Shown here: positions 1 through 9,130 of the stretch, piece by piece | How the letters are laid out: each line of letters opens with the position of its first letter | How positions within the stretch are numbered: the first letter of the stretch is position 1 | Assembly (NCBI GenBank): GCA_963422615.1 | Contig: OY730414.1 | Coordinates: 496,001-560,000 of the forward strand | Source: Longimicrobiales bacterium | GTDB taxonomy: Bacteria; Gemmatimonadota; Gemmatimonadetes; Longimicrobiales; Gaopeijiaceae | DNA: 64,000 nucleotides | Direction: 5' to 3' | Notes under the pieces: generated by a model | What the model was told of the DNA's origin: nothing | The model's input: only the letters and a program-made list of their open reading frames with translations | The model's database searches: none | Program-made: the position numbers and the translations under genes

Positions 1-437
1 ACCAAGGCTCCCTGGCGGGTCACGACGTCAAGGGCTTCCAGTACGCTTCCGCCCGTCGTGACGCAGTCCTCGATCACCACCACCCGAGCGCCCCGGAGCG
101 TGCCTCCTTCAACCCGGCGCGCCGTGCCGTGGATCTTCGGGGCTTTTCGTACGGTGAACCCGTTCAGGGACTCGCCTTGGCGGGTGGCGTGATGGGCGAC
201 AGCGAAGGCGATGGGGTCCGCGCCCAGGGTCATCCCCCCGACGAACTCGGGCTTCCAACCTGCGTTCCGCATGGCGTGGTAACAGACTTCGCCAACGAGG
301 ACTTGGCCTTGGCCGGTCATCGTCGTCCGGCGAGCATCGATGTAGTACGATGAACGAGTGCCGCTCGCGAGGGTAAAATCCCCTGGAGCTACACTCCGTT
401 CGCATAGGAGCCGATGGAGAAGGGAGAGAGCGCTCAT
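1..437 (-). CDS. pyrE: Orotate phosphoribosyltransferase (C-terminus runs off the left edge)
   Basis: Not in the ORF track. Manual minus-strand translation from ATG 437 gives MSALSLLHRLLCERSVAPGDFTLASGTRSSYYIDARRTT...GGMTLGADPIA...FTVRKAPKIHGTARRVEG...VVVIEDCVTTGGS, with the PRPP-binding loop and PyrE motifs. Confidence 0.93.
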   Translation of the reverse strand, partial: MSALSLLHRLLCERSVAPGDFTLASGTRSSYYIDARRTTMTGQGQVLVGEVCYHAMRNAGWKPEFVGGMTLGADPIAFAVAHHATRQGESLNGFTVRKAPKIHGTARRVEGGTLRGARVVVIEDCVTTGGSVLEALDVVTRQGAL

Positions 438-1485
438 GTTCACCAGAGAATACGCGCGGAAATCGAAAGGGAAAAGGCCGATCGGGGTTCCCCCGAGATG
501 GTCGGTCCCAACCCTGGCAGGGCTTTTTGCCGCCGTCGCCGGTTGCGGAGACGGCATTGGCCCGGACCCGATACGCTTCGGCCAGGTCGGAGAAATAGAA
601 GTTCACGTGAGAACACCCCTCCAGGGGGGAATCGGCTGGCAGCGGCAAATGCTCAAGTGGACCTCTAGTGGCGCGTGGTGGCTCTTCGAGGAAATCGGCT
701 ACAAGGATATCGTGGGAGAGGAGTCCCTGGTGTCCAACCCTGGCGTTCCGGGTCTCTTTTCGACTTCCTATGCCTCCTACATTGCCGACGTGCATGAGAA
801 CGGGGTTTGGGGTCTTGCCAACGTGGACCGGAGTGTCGATCCGAATTGCGGCTTGTTGGCGAGCCGGGTGACGCTCATGATCCGGGATTCTAGAAAGGAC
901 GAGGAGAGGGAGTGGATCCGTTGTGGGTTCGGTACCCTGGGATTCTTGCGGTCACAAGGGTCCGGTCCCGGTCCCGATGCGGCCCGGGTGATTGAAGCGA
1001 CGAAACGGGCGCGCAACTTCACTGTGGGCAACGCCGAAGACCGCTACGCCTACACGGGGAGTCTTCCCTTTGCCACCTTGGACAAGGGGGACAAGACGAA
1101 CCTCGAACTGGCCGCCTTCCAGGTCTTCCGGTCACCGGACGGATCGGATCGCGGCAAAGTCCCCCCGGGGTGGGAACCGTTTTGGGAAGACCACACCGGT
1201 AACCCTTCGCAGGCGCCGGAGATTGACTGGGTGACGGATATGGCGCTGGTCAGTGCTCTGGGCATGCGGGAGGAGGTGGGTGACTCCGTCGAAATTCGGC
1301 GAGTGCTCCACCTGGGTCCCCGGGAGGGAACGGAGATCAAGATCGTTGAGCGAATCCCGGGCGACTTCTGCACCCCCCTTCACCGTATCGTTCGCCCCTA
1401 CCATATCGTCGTCGCTCCTCGAACATCGCCACCGGTATTCTTCTCCGAGGTAGTGCCTGAAAGGGTCGCCTGCGGCGGCCCGTAG
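436..1485 (+). CDS. Putative lipoprotein with C-terminal PrcB-like domain
   Basis: Lipobox-like AAVAG-C after a hydrophobic stretch. C-terminal PEIDW...ALG...G.SVEIRRV...PG.FC...RPYHIVV resembles the PrcB C-terminal family. ATG 436 chosen as the last standard start codon before the lipobox. Confidence 0.65.
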   Translation: MFTREYARKSKGKRPIGVPPRWSVPTLAGLFAAVAGCGDGIGPDPIRFGQVGEIEVHVRTPLQGGIGWQRQMLKWTSSGAWWLFEEIGYKDIVGEESLVSNPGVPGLFSTSYASYIADVHENGVWGLANVDRSVDPNCGLLASRVTLMIRDSRKDEEREWIRCGFGTLGFLRSQGSGPGPDAARVIEATKRARNFTVGNAEDRYAYTGSLPFATLDKGDKTNLELAAFQVFRSPDGSDRGKVPPGWEPFWEDHTGNPSQAPEIDWVTDMALVSALGMREEVGDSVEIRRVLHLGPREGTEIKIVERIPGDFCTPLHRIVRPYHIVVAPRTSPPVFFSEVVPERVACGGP

Positions 1486-1492
1486 AGACGGA

Positions 1493-2968
1493 ATGACGCT
1501 ACGGAACCGGTTTACTTTTTTTTTCGTCACCTTCGCTGTGGCGACTACCCTCGTGGCCGGCTCGCTGGCTTGGCATTTTTCGTCTCGTGCCTTGGAAGAC
1601 GAGTTTGACCGCAAACTCACATCGGTCGCGCAAGTGGCCGCCGAGCTGGGAATTCAGGCCGACCAGGTCGTGTTTTTCGAAAGAGGGGACGAGAAAACCG
1701 ACTTGTGGATGGAGTACCGGAGCAAGTTGCTTCGTCTCCGAAACCGGTATGTGGACGTTGCGGCCATTTTCCGCTGGAAACCGGGGGACCCCGTGGCCAC
1801 GGCCCTCGTGACGGCCGCGCCCCAGGATTCCGTGTCCCCTGGACAAGCGCTCCCCTGGGTCCAGCTCCACCTTCCGGAACTTGGACGGGCATACGAGGTG
1901 GGTTGGGCAACCACGCCTCGGGAGAGCTACGAAGACCAGCACTTCAAGTATGGCTTCATTCGGCTGAAGCCCTCCGAGGTCTTCCTGGGGGTTCGGATGC
2001 CCACGGACTACAGAGAACCGGTGGCGCGGTTGTCCAGGAGCATCGTTATCTGGACCGTCGCAGCGGCCGCCCTGGCGGGGCTGGCGGGGTGGAGATTCGC
2101 CGGAGGCATCGTCGCCCGTCTAGAGAGCTTGAGCTTGGCGGCACTCCGAATTCAGAGAGGTCGAGTGGACCGCCCCATCCAGGTGGAGGGAGAGGATGAG
2201 CTGGCCAGGCTGGCCCGGGCCATGGAGCGCATGAGAACCGGCATCCGGAGGCGGGACGAGCAGTTACGCCTTATGCTGTCTCGGGTGGCTCACGAGATTC
2301 GGAATCCCCTGGGGGGGCTGGAGCTGTTTGCGTCCGCGGCCCAGGCGGCGGACGACCCGGAGGAGCGTCACCGGATACTGGGGAGGGTCAGGAAAGAGAT
2401 CCTCGGGCTCAACGCCATCATCGAGGAGTTCCTCGGTTTCGCGAGGCCGGGGAATGCGGAGCCCAAGCTTCACGATGTTCGCGACCCGGTAGAAGAAGCC
2501 GTCGCGCTTGCAGAAGCCGAGATGGCCAAGAAGGGAGGCACGATGCACCTGGAATTCCCGAAGGCCCCTCTCCTTGCACTGGCCGACCCGGCTCAGGTCA
2601 AACGCCTCGTGCTGAACCTGCTTCGCAACTCGTGCCATGCGGGGGACACGGTCTGGGTTCAAGGCGAAATGCTCAATGGCGAAGTCCGAATCGCCATTCG
2701 GGACGACGGACCTGGCATCGCGGAAGAACTCCGGGACCGGATCTTCGAGCCGTTCGTTAGCGACAAGGAGAAAGGTGCCGGACTGGGGTTGGCAATCGTC
2801 AGGGAAATTGCCGAAGCCAGCCAGGGCCGGGTCGAAGTAGCCCCGAGCCTGAACGACAGGGAAAAATCTGCGGTTGGTGCCGAGTTTCACGTATACTTGA
2901 AAGGCCCGGAGGACCTGCCGACCGGCGGGGCTTTGCAGAAGTCCAACCGAGGAGGCGCAGTGGGATGA
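1493..2968 (+). CDS. Membrane-bound sensor histidine kinase (2 TM, HAMP, HisKA, HATPase_c)
   Basis: H-box VAHEIRNPL, N-box LNLLRNS, DDGPG, FEPF and GAGLGLAI motifs; HAMP EDELARLARAMERMR. Confidence 0.95.
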   Translation: MTLRNRFTFFFVTFAVATTLVAGSLAWHFSSRALEDEFDRKLTSVAQVAAELGIQADQVVFFERGDEKTDLWMEYRSKLLRLRNRYVDVAAIFRWKPGDPVATALVTAAPQDSVSPGQALPWVQLHLPELGRAYEVGWATTPRESYEDQHFKYGFIRLKPSEVFLGVRMPTDYREPVARLSRSIVIWTVAAAALAGLAGWRFAGGIVARLESLSLAALRIQRGRVDRPIQVEGEDELARLARAMERMRTGIRRRDEQLRLMLSRVAHEIRNPLGGLELFASAAQAADDPEERHRILGRVRKEILGLNAIIEEFLGFARPGNAEPKLHDVRDPVEEAVALAEAEMAKKGGTMHLEFPKAPLLALADPAQVKRLVLNLLRNSCHAGDTVWVQGEMLNGEVRIAIRDDGPGIAEELRDRIFEPFVSDKEKGAGLGLAIVREIAEASQGRVEVAPSLNDREKSAVGAEFHVYLKGPEDLPTGGALQKSNRGGAVG

Positions 2969-4380
2969 GCAAGTCGCGGCTGGTGTTGATCATTGACGAT
3001 CACGACACCATGCGAGAAGGACTTGAGCTCCTCATGCGCCGACGGGGACACAAGACTCTTTCCGCCGAAAATGGGGAGCGGGGTCTGCACCTCCTTGAAG
3101 AGGAGGGAGCGGATCTGGTCGTCACCGACCTCAAGATGGCTGGCGTCGGCGGGATGGAGGTCCTGAGGCGGGCCAAGGACACCGTTCCAGACACGGATGT
3201 ACTGGTAATCACCGCCCACGGCACCGTGGAGAGAGCCGTGGAAGCGATGAAGCTGGGGGCCTGCGACTTCATCTCGAAGCCCTTTTCGTCGGAGGAATTC
3301 GGGATAAAGGTTGATCGCATACTCAGGGAACGAGAGGAGCGCCTTCGCCTCAAGCGGGAGAACTTGGTCCTCCGGGTCGAAAACACCTATCTGCGGAGTG
3401 AGGCCGGGGATCTAGGTACACCCTACGGCGAGATGGTCGGCCGGTCCGAGGGCATGAGACAGCTTCAGCGCTTCGTCCAGCGGGTGGCGCCGACCGACTC
3501 GACGGTCATGGTCTACGGGGAGTCCGGGACGGGGAAGGAGCTGGTTGCCCGGGCCATCCACGCCGGCTCCAGGCGTCACGGCGGACCCTTCATCCGAGTG
3601 AACTGCGGGGCCCTGCCGGAAGGGCTCCTGGACTCCGAGCTCTTCGGCCACGAAAGGGGAGCGTTCACGGGCGCGGCCAAACAACGACGCGGCCGCTTCG
3701 AACTGGCCGATGGGGGAACCCTCTTCCTGGATGAAATCTCCACAATCAGCCAGGCAACCCAGGTGCGCTTGCTCCGGGTTCTGCAGGAACGTGAGTTGGA
3801 GCGGGTGGGTGGAGAGAAGACGATTGCCGTAGACGTGCGCATCGTTGCCGCCACCAATACTTCGGCAGATGAACTTCTGTCCGGGGAAGACTTCCGGGAG
3901 GACCTGTATTACCGCCTTCACGTTGTTCCCGTGACGGTCCCCCCCTTGCGGCACCGGAAGGGCGACATCGGCCTGCTGGTCGAGCACTTCGTCAGGAAAC
4001 TCATGTCTAGAACCCGCTCCGCCGTGAAGCGGGTGGACCCAGGTGCGCTGCGTCGACTGGAAGCTTACGACTGGCCCGGCAACGTTCGGGAGCTCGAAAA
4101 CGTGATCGAACGAGCCCTGGTGCTCTCCGAGGGGAATCTGCTTCGGGAGGAAGACTTGCCCTTCCTTCCGAACCTTTCCGACGTGGACCCGGGTGGATCG
4201 CCAAAGGGCGGAAGCATGATGCCTGGAGGTATGGACCTGAGCCGGGCCGTCAGGGTTATCGAAGAACGCTTGGTTCGTCAGGCCATGGAAAAGGCCGGCG
4301 GCGTAAAGGCCGAGGCCGCTCGACTTCTGGGCATCAAGACGGGCGCCCTCCAGTATAAGCTGAAGAAGTACGGGGTCTAG
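2965..4380 (+). CDS. Sigma-54-dependent response regulator (NtrC/AtoC family)
   Basis: Receiver domain (IIDD, TDLKM, KPF), Walker A GESGTGKE, GAFTGA, LFLDEI, WPGNVRELEN, C-terminal Fis-type HTH. ATGA overlap with the kinase. Confidence 0.97.
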   Translation: MSKSRLVLIIDDHDTMREGLELLMRRRGHKTLSAENGERGLHLLEEEGADLVVTDLKMAGVGGMEVLRRAKDTVPDTDVLVITAHGTVERAVEAMKLGACDFISKPFSSEEFGIKVDRILREREERLRLKRENLVLRVENTYLRSEAGDLGTPYGEMVGRSEGMRQLQRFVQRVAPTDSTVMVYGESGTGKELVARAIHAGSRRHGGPFIRVNCGALPEGLLDSELFGHERGAFTGAAKQRRGRFELADGGTLFLDEISTISQATQVRLLRVLQERELERVGGEKTIAVDVRIVAATNTSADELLSGEDFREDLYYRLHVVPVTVPPLRHRKGDIGLLVEHFVRKLMSRTRSAVKRVDPGALRRLEAYDWPGNVRELENVIERALVLSEGNLLREEDLPFLPNLSDVDPGGSPKGGSMMPGGMDLSRAVRVIEERLVRQAMEKAGGVKAEAARLLGIKTGALQYKLKKYGV

Positions 4381-4393
4381 AGCACGGAATCTG

Positions 4394-5308
4394 ATGAGAC
4401 GTGTCGCTGTGCTTCTTGCGGGGGCTTGTTCCTTTGCCCCTGTCGGGTCGGAGGCTCAAGCCAGTTCGGCTTCGGTGGCCGAGGTGGTCGCAGCCCGGGA
4501 AATGGACTTCCGGGCGGCGAGGAGCGAGTACTTCCGGGCTTACGAGAGGTGGGAGAGCACAGAGCGCGAATGGAACCAGTTGGTCAACGAGAGGGAAGCC
4601 GCTCGAAGGTCTGGAAACCGGACTCGCGTGGGTCAGATCTATACCCAGGTCCAGGGATTGTCCGGAAAGATCACGCAGGCCGAAAACGAGGTCCGAGCCC
4701 TACGGGAACGGTGGTACGATGCCGGAGACGCCTTGGTCGACGCCCTTGACGCCCACCTGGAACTCCTCGGGCAGCAGATCCGCCGTTCCTCGGCCGACGA
4801 CTTGATTGCGTCCTTGTACCAGACCCAGAACAGGCGCATCCGGGAGGTGGAGGCGGAGTTGGAAAGAGAGCTGGGCCCGCGCCGGAGCCTGGAGCTTCCT
4901 CCCTTTCCCGAGGTGACGATCAACGACGGGGACGGGCGGGCGGAGATTTTGTCCAAGGCCGACTACCTGGGTTCGAAGGTCGAGCAACACCAGGAATTGC
5001 TGGACGACCTGGACGCGGAGATCGAGGACCTGCAGGCACGGCAGCGGCGGGACCAAGCGGTCGCGGACTTCCGGGCGGGACTGGACAGATTCGACGACAT
5101 CCAGTTGCCGATTACCGACGAAGTATCCGGGGAGGAGGCCTTGGTGGAAGGCCAAGTTCTGGACTCCGCAGTGGTGAACCTATCCCGGTTACCCATTGAG
5201 GAACGGATTCGGAGATTGGGGCTCTTGAGAGATGAGGTTGCGGAGCGGGTGGCGCAGTTGGCGGAGCGGGTGGCGCAGTTTCGGGCGCAGGCGGGAGTCG
5301 GCGCATGA
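4394..5308 (+). CDS. Hypothetical exported coiled-coil protein
   Basis: Signal peptide ending AQA, followed by Glu/Arg/Leu/Ala-rich helical heptads; embedded in the operon. Confidence 0.7.
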   Translation: MRRVAVLLAGACSFAPVGSEAQASSASVAEVVAAREMDFRAARSEYFRAYERWESTEREWNQLVNEREAARRSGNRTRVGQIYTQVQGLSGKITQAENEVRALRERWYDAGDALVDALDAHLELLGQQIRRSSADDLIASLYQTQNRRIREVEAELERELGPRRSLELPPFPEVTINDGDGRAEILSKADYLGSKVEQHQELLDDLDAEIEDLQARQRRDQAVADFRAGLDRFDDIQLPITDEVSGEEALVEGQVLDSAVVNLSRLPIEERIRRLGLLRDEVAERVAQLAERVAQFRAQAGVGA

Positions 5309-6462
5309 GGCGGTTCGGTCTTGTTGCCGTACTCGCGGGTTTGGCACTGTCGGTAGGCGGCGGGCCGTTGTCGGCCCAGGTTCGCCTGACGGACTTGGTG
5401 TTCACCGCAGGAGTGGCGGGTGAAGGGTATTGGGGGAACTTCCCCTCCGTTTCGGTGCCTCAGATCGATTCCGCAACGAGCGCGGTGGCAGGTACGGGCG
5501 ACTTCAGCTTCACGGGGATTGTCTCTCTGCTTGCAAGAGAAAACCGGAACCGGAAGCTGCAGGTTGGCTTCGACGGGGGTCTGCGGCAGTTCACGACCGG
5601 GGGTTTCCAGCTTCGAAACTATGCGCCCCGGGAATACTATGGGGACGCGGAGGTAAACTACGGCCAGTTTCTCGGCGGTGGCTTCCTGGACGTGACGATG
5701 GCCGTGAAGGCGCGAGGCATCGCCGACCGGCCTCCCATGCCCCTGTATCTGCAGCCCGGATACGAGAGATACATCGCAACGGCCCGGTTTATCGGACGAA
5801 CCCCGGGCGAGGTCTTCTTCGATGATTTCGACGTTGGCGTCACCATCGAAGACGCGGACTACGCAGCGCCGAAGGTGCTTCCGCAACTGGACCTCCTGGA
5901 CCGTTCGTCGGTCCAGATGACCCTGGGGACCACGGCCAGATCCGGAAGATCGCCCCAGTCCGATATCGGTGACGACACGAGCTTCCGTCTGTCGGGTGGC
6001 TACCGCTACCACAAGTACCCGCAGAAGGGCTTGGGGATTTTTCGAAGAGACCATGCGATCCGGGCCGGAGCCACGTGGAGCCTGAACCGTCGGGCGTCAC
6101 AGGGATCGGCCGTCGAAGTCGGGCTCGAATTCGTACACAATTTGTCCAACTCCCGACGGGTGGAATACAACTTCTTGCGCATCAATGCCGTCGCGTCCAA
6201 AATCCTGGGCGAGAACACGATTGCCCAGTTCTACGGGACCCTGGCGTGGAAGGCGTATATCTACCCGATCCAGGATGCGCTCGTGCCCGGGGAGGAGGCC
6301 GACAACGCGTCGATCCTCCGGGTCGAGCTGACCCGCTTCCTGGGTTCCGACGTCAGCGGCTCCTTCGGGTTGGGGTGGACGAAGGCGGAGACCAACATCG
6401 GGGGCAACTACTTCAAGCGCTTCGGGGCGTCTTTTCGCCTACGGGTTCGGCCGGAGATGTAA
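5305..6462 (+). CDS. Hypothetical exported protein, probable outer-membrane beta-barrel
   Basis: Signal peptide (LSA-Q) and alternating amphipathic aromatic-rich strands ending FGASFRLRVR. ATGA overlap with the previous gene. Confidence 0.65.
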   Translation: MRRFGLVAVLAGLALSVGGGPLSAQVRLTDLVFTAGVAGEGYWGNFPSVSVPQIDSATSAVAGTGDFSFTGIVSLLARENRNRKLQVGFDGGLRQFTTGGFQLRNYAPREYYGDAEVNYGQFLGGGFLDVTMAVKARGIADRPPMPLYLQPGYERYIATARFIGRTPGEVFFDDFDVGVTIEDADYAAPKVLPQLDLLDRSSVQMTLGTTARSGRSPQSDIGDDTSFRLSGGYRYHKYPQKGLGIFRRDHAIRAGATWSLNRRASQGSAVEVGLEFVHNLSNSRRVEYNFLRINAVASKILGENTIAQFYGTLAWKAYIYPIQDALVPGEEADNASILRVELTRFLGSDVSGSFGLGWTKAETNIGGNYFKRFGASFRLRVRPEM

Positions 6463-6574
6463 ATCTCTTCGGGCTGGGACTCCGCCGGTAGCTATCGCGT
6501 CGGTTGCCCCGCGGGACGGATTGGCTTGTCACCTGTTGGGCTGACGTACGTCCCCCCAAGCGTGTTCACCCGGG

Positions 6575-7798
6575 TCAACGTGCAGCGGCCAGCGCCGACA
6601 GGACGGAATCAATGTCGAATTCCGTGTGGTCCGCGTTGACCTGGAAGCGGATCGTTTCGTCACCCCGAGGAACAACGGGAAAAGCGAGCCCGGTCGCGAG
6701 AACGCCGGCGCGGAACAGGGCGGCGACCAGCCGCCGCGTCTCGTCCGTATCCCTCACCATGATGGGTACGATCGGGTGAGCCCCCGAGATGATCTCGAAT
6801 CCCTTGGCCAAGAGCCCCCGTTCGAAGCGCCGGGTTAGGTCGCGGAGACGCCGGAGGAGGGCTTTTCCCTCCAGGTTTTCCAGAATCTCCAGGGACTTGA
6901 GGGCGGCGGCGGCCTCCCCGGCGGTGATGGGGTTCGAATAGATGTAAAGGGGAGCCGACTCCCGAAGGAATCGGACAAGAGCGGCCCCGGAGACGATGTA
7001 TCCGCCGTTGACCCCGAAGGCCTTGCCCAGCGTGCCCACGAGGATGTCGCAGGGAGGGCTCTTCGTGTACTCCTCCGTTCCCCGGCCCGTGGCTCCGAAG
7101 GCCCCTACCCCGTGGGAGTCGTCCACCACGACAACGACATTTTCCGGGAAGTCCCCGTCGTGGCGGGCCGCAATGGCCATGATCTCGTCCACTGGCGCGT
7201 GATCGCCCCGCATCGAGAAAATGCCATCGGTCACGACGATGGCCCGGCGGGCCCGGCCCCGCGCCCTTTTCAGCTGGCGATCCAGGGCCCCCAGGTCCAA
7301 GTGGGGATAGACGGCCTTGCCGGCGGGTCGGGAAAGCCGGATCGCGTTGATGATGCAGTTGTGGTTCAATTCGTCGGAGAAAACGAAGGTGTCCCCGTCG
7401 GTCAGGGAGACGAGGGTGCTCACCATGGCCGCGTAGGCAGACGAGAAGATCATGCCGGCCTGCCGACCGTGAAAGTCGGCGAGGGCGTGCTCCAGGGCCA
7501 CGTGGGGCGTGTAGGTACCCGCGATGAAGCGGACAGCCCCGGGACCGGCTCCCATGGCCCGGGCGGTGGTCTCTTCCGCATCGATCACGGCTGGGTGCAG
7601 TCCCAGGCCCAAATAGGAGTTGGCGTTCATCCGGATGAAGGGCTTGTCACCCTGTCCCTCCAGGAGAAACCGGTGTCCGGCTGAACCCCGGGGGGGGATG
7701 ACCTTGCGGATGATCACTTCGGCGCCCTTGGCCGTGCCGTTTTCTTCCAGCATGGCCACGTTGCGTTGGAGTACATCGGCCAACCGATCCATCGGCAT
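6575..7798 (-). CDS. kbl: 2-amino-3-ketobutyrate CoA ligase (glycine C-acetyltransferase), AONS/class II PLP family
   Basis: NSYLGL, GAVRFIAGT, SDELNH, DGIFSMRG, DDSHG, TLGKAFG (PLP Lys); adjacent to threonine dehydrogenase. Confidence 0.88.
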   Translation of the reverse strand: MPMDRLADVLQRNVAMLEENGTAKGAEVIIRKVIPPRGSAGHRFLLEGQGDKPFIRMNANSYLGLGLHPAVIDAEETTARAMGAGPGAVRFIAGTYTPHVALEHALADFHGRQAGMIFSSAYAAMVSTLVSLTDGDTFVFSDELNHNCIINAIRLSRPAGKAVYPHLDLGALDRQLKRARGRARRAIVVTDGIFSMRGDHAPVDEIMAIAARHDGDFPENVVVVVDDSHGVGAFGATGRGTEEYTKSPPCDILVGTLGKAFGVNGGYIVSGAALVRFLRESAPLYIYSNPITAGEAAAALKSLEILENLEGKALLRRLRDLTRRFERGLLAKGFEIISGAHPIVPIMVRDTDETRRLVAALFRAGVLATGLAFPVVPRGDETIRFQVNADHTEFDIDSVLSALAAAR

Positions 7799-7804
7799 TT
7801 CCAG

Positions 7805-8776
7805 CTACCCCCTGACCAGCGCCCGGTCTTTTCCGAGCGCCTTGCGTTCGACTCCCCTGAACATGTCTTCCACCATATCGGGAAGTTCGTATTCGTGGCG
7901 CCAACCCCACTGTTCTCGGGCTTCGGAGTCATCCAGCCGCTTCGGCCAGGAATCTGCGATGGCCTGACGCACGGGGTCCGGATCGTAGTGGATCTCGAAG
8001 CTGGGGAGATGGACGCGAATGGATGCGGCCAACTCGGCCGGTGTAAACTGCATCGCGGTGATGTTGAATGCGTTCCGATCGGTGAGGGCTGGGGCCGGGG
8101 CCTCCATCAGCTCGATGACGGCCCGGATTGCGTCGGGCATGTACATCATGTCCATTCGCGTGTCCGGCTCCAGGAAGCAGGTATACCGGCCTTCCCGCAC
8201 TGCGGCGTGGAAGATCTCGACCGCGTAGTCGGTGGTTCCCCCTCCCGGAGGTGCGGAATGGGAGATCAGCCCCGGAAATCGAAGGCCCCTGGCGTCAACG
8301 CCGAAGCGGACGTGGTAGTAGTCACAGAGGAGCTCCCCGGCCACCTTGGTGATTCCGTACATCGTCGTGGGCCGCTGCAGGGTGGATTGCGGGGTCGGGT
8401 CGGGGGGGGTTCCGGGTCCGAACGCGGCGATGGAGCTGGGGACGAATACCTGGCAGTTCGCCGCCACGGCCGTCTGCAGCACGTTGACCAGCCCGTTCAT
8501 GTTGGTCCGGTACGCCTTCAACGGATCCCCTTCTCCCGCTGCTGAAAGAATTGCCGCCAGGTGATGGATGGCTGTGGCACCGAAGTCTTTCACCGCCGCT
8601 TCCAGCGCGTACGGATCCAGGCAGTCCAGTCTCATTGCGGGGCCGTGGACCGCCCAGGTGGCCGGATCTCGAATGTCCGTCGCCAGAACTGCGTCCGGCC
8701 CATAACGGTGGGCGAGGCGGGTCGTTAGCTCGGTTCCGATCTGACCGGCGGCCCCCGTCACGAGGATGCGCGTCAT
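7805..8776 (-). CDS. L-threonine 3-dehydrogenase (SDR / NAD-dependent epimerase type)
   Basis: ILVTGAAGQIG, HLAAILSA, PSSIAAFG, YGITK and PGGGTTDY are typical of SDR-type TDH. Start set at ATG 8776 (ATGA overlap). Confidence 0.9.
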   Translation of the reverse strand: MTRILVTGAAGQIGTELTTRLAHRYGPDAVLATDIRDPATWAVHGPAMRLDCLDPYALEAAVKDFGATAIHHLAAILSAAGEGDPLKAYRTNMNGLVNVLQTAVAANCQVFVPSSIAAFGPGTPPDPTPQSTLQRPTTMYGITKVAGELLCDYYHVRFGVDARGLRFPGLISHSAPPGGGTTDYAVEIFHAAVREGRYTCFLEPDTRMDMMYMPDAIRAVIELMEAPAPALTDRNAFNITAMQFTPAELAASIRVHLPSFEIHYDPDPVRQAIADSWPKRLDDSEAREQWGWRHEYELPDMVEDMFRGVERKALGKDRALVRG

Positions 8777-9114
8777 TCGGTGGACTCCCCGCGGGAGACC
8801 TGGCGTGGGGTCCATCGCTCCTTGTCTCGCTTCCGGTATTTGTCCATGACCCGGGAAAATGCCCGCGCGAGGTCAATTCCTTGTTGATTGGCCAGGGAAA
8901 TGAGAACAAAAAGCACATCGCCGATTTCCAGCTCCAGCTCCGAAGGGGCTTCGTCTCCCTTCTTGGGCTTCGAGCCGAAGCGATGGTTGACCTCCCGCGA
9001 CAGTTCGCCGACCTCCTCCATGAGGCGGGCCAATATCGCGAGAGGTGGCCAGTAGCCCTCTTCGAAGCTGGTGATCCAACGGTCAGCCCGGTCCTGCGCT
9101 TCGCGGAATTCCAT
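8773..9114 (-). CDS. MazG-like nucleotide pyrophosphohydrolase (YpjD-like)
   Basis: LARLMEEVGELSREVNH...GSKPKK...EIGDVLFVLISLAN...RDKERW. Confidence 0.9.
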   Translation of the reverse strand: MEFREAQDRADRWITSFEEGYWPPLAILARLMEEVGELSREVNHRFGSKPKKGDEAPSELELEIGDVLFVLISLANQQGIDLARAFSRVMDKYRKRDKERWTPRQVSRGESTE

Positions 9115-9130
9115 GAAAGAAGCGTTCCCC

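Noticed and set aside
5240..5280. 20-bp direct repeat with 21-bp period (GCGGAGCGGGTGGCGCAGTT)
   Set aside because: In-frame duplication of one coiled-coil heptad (AERVAQL/AERVAQF); explained by the protein.
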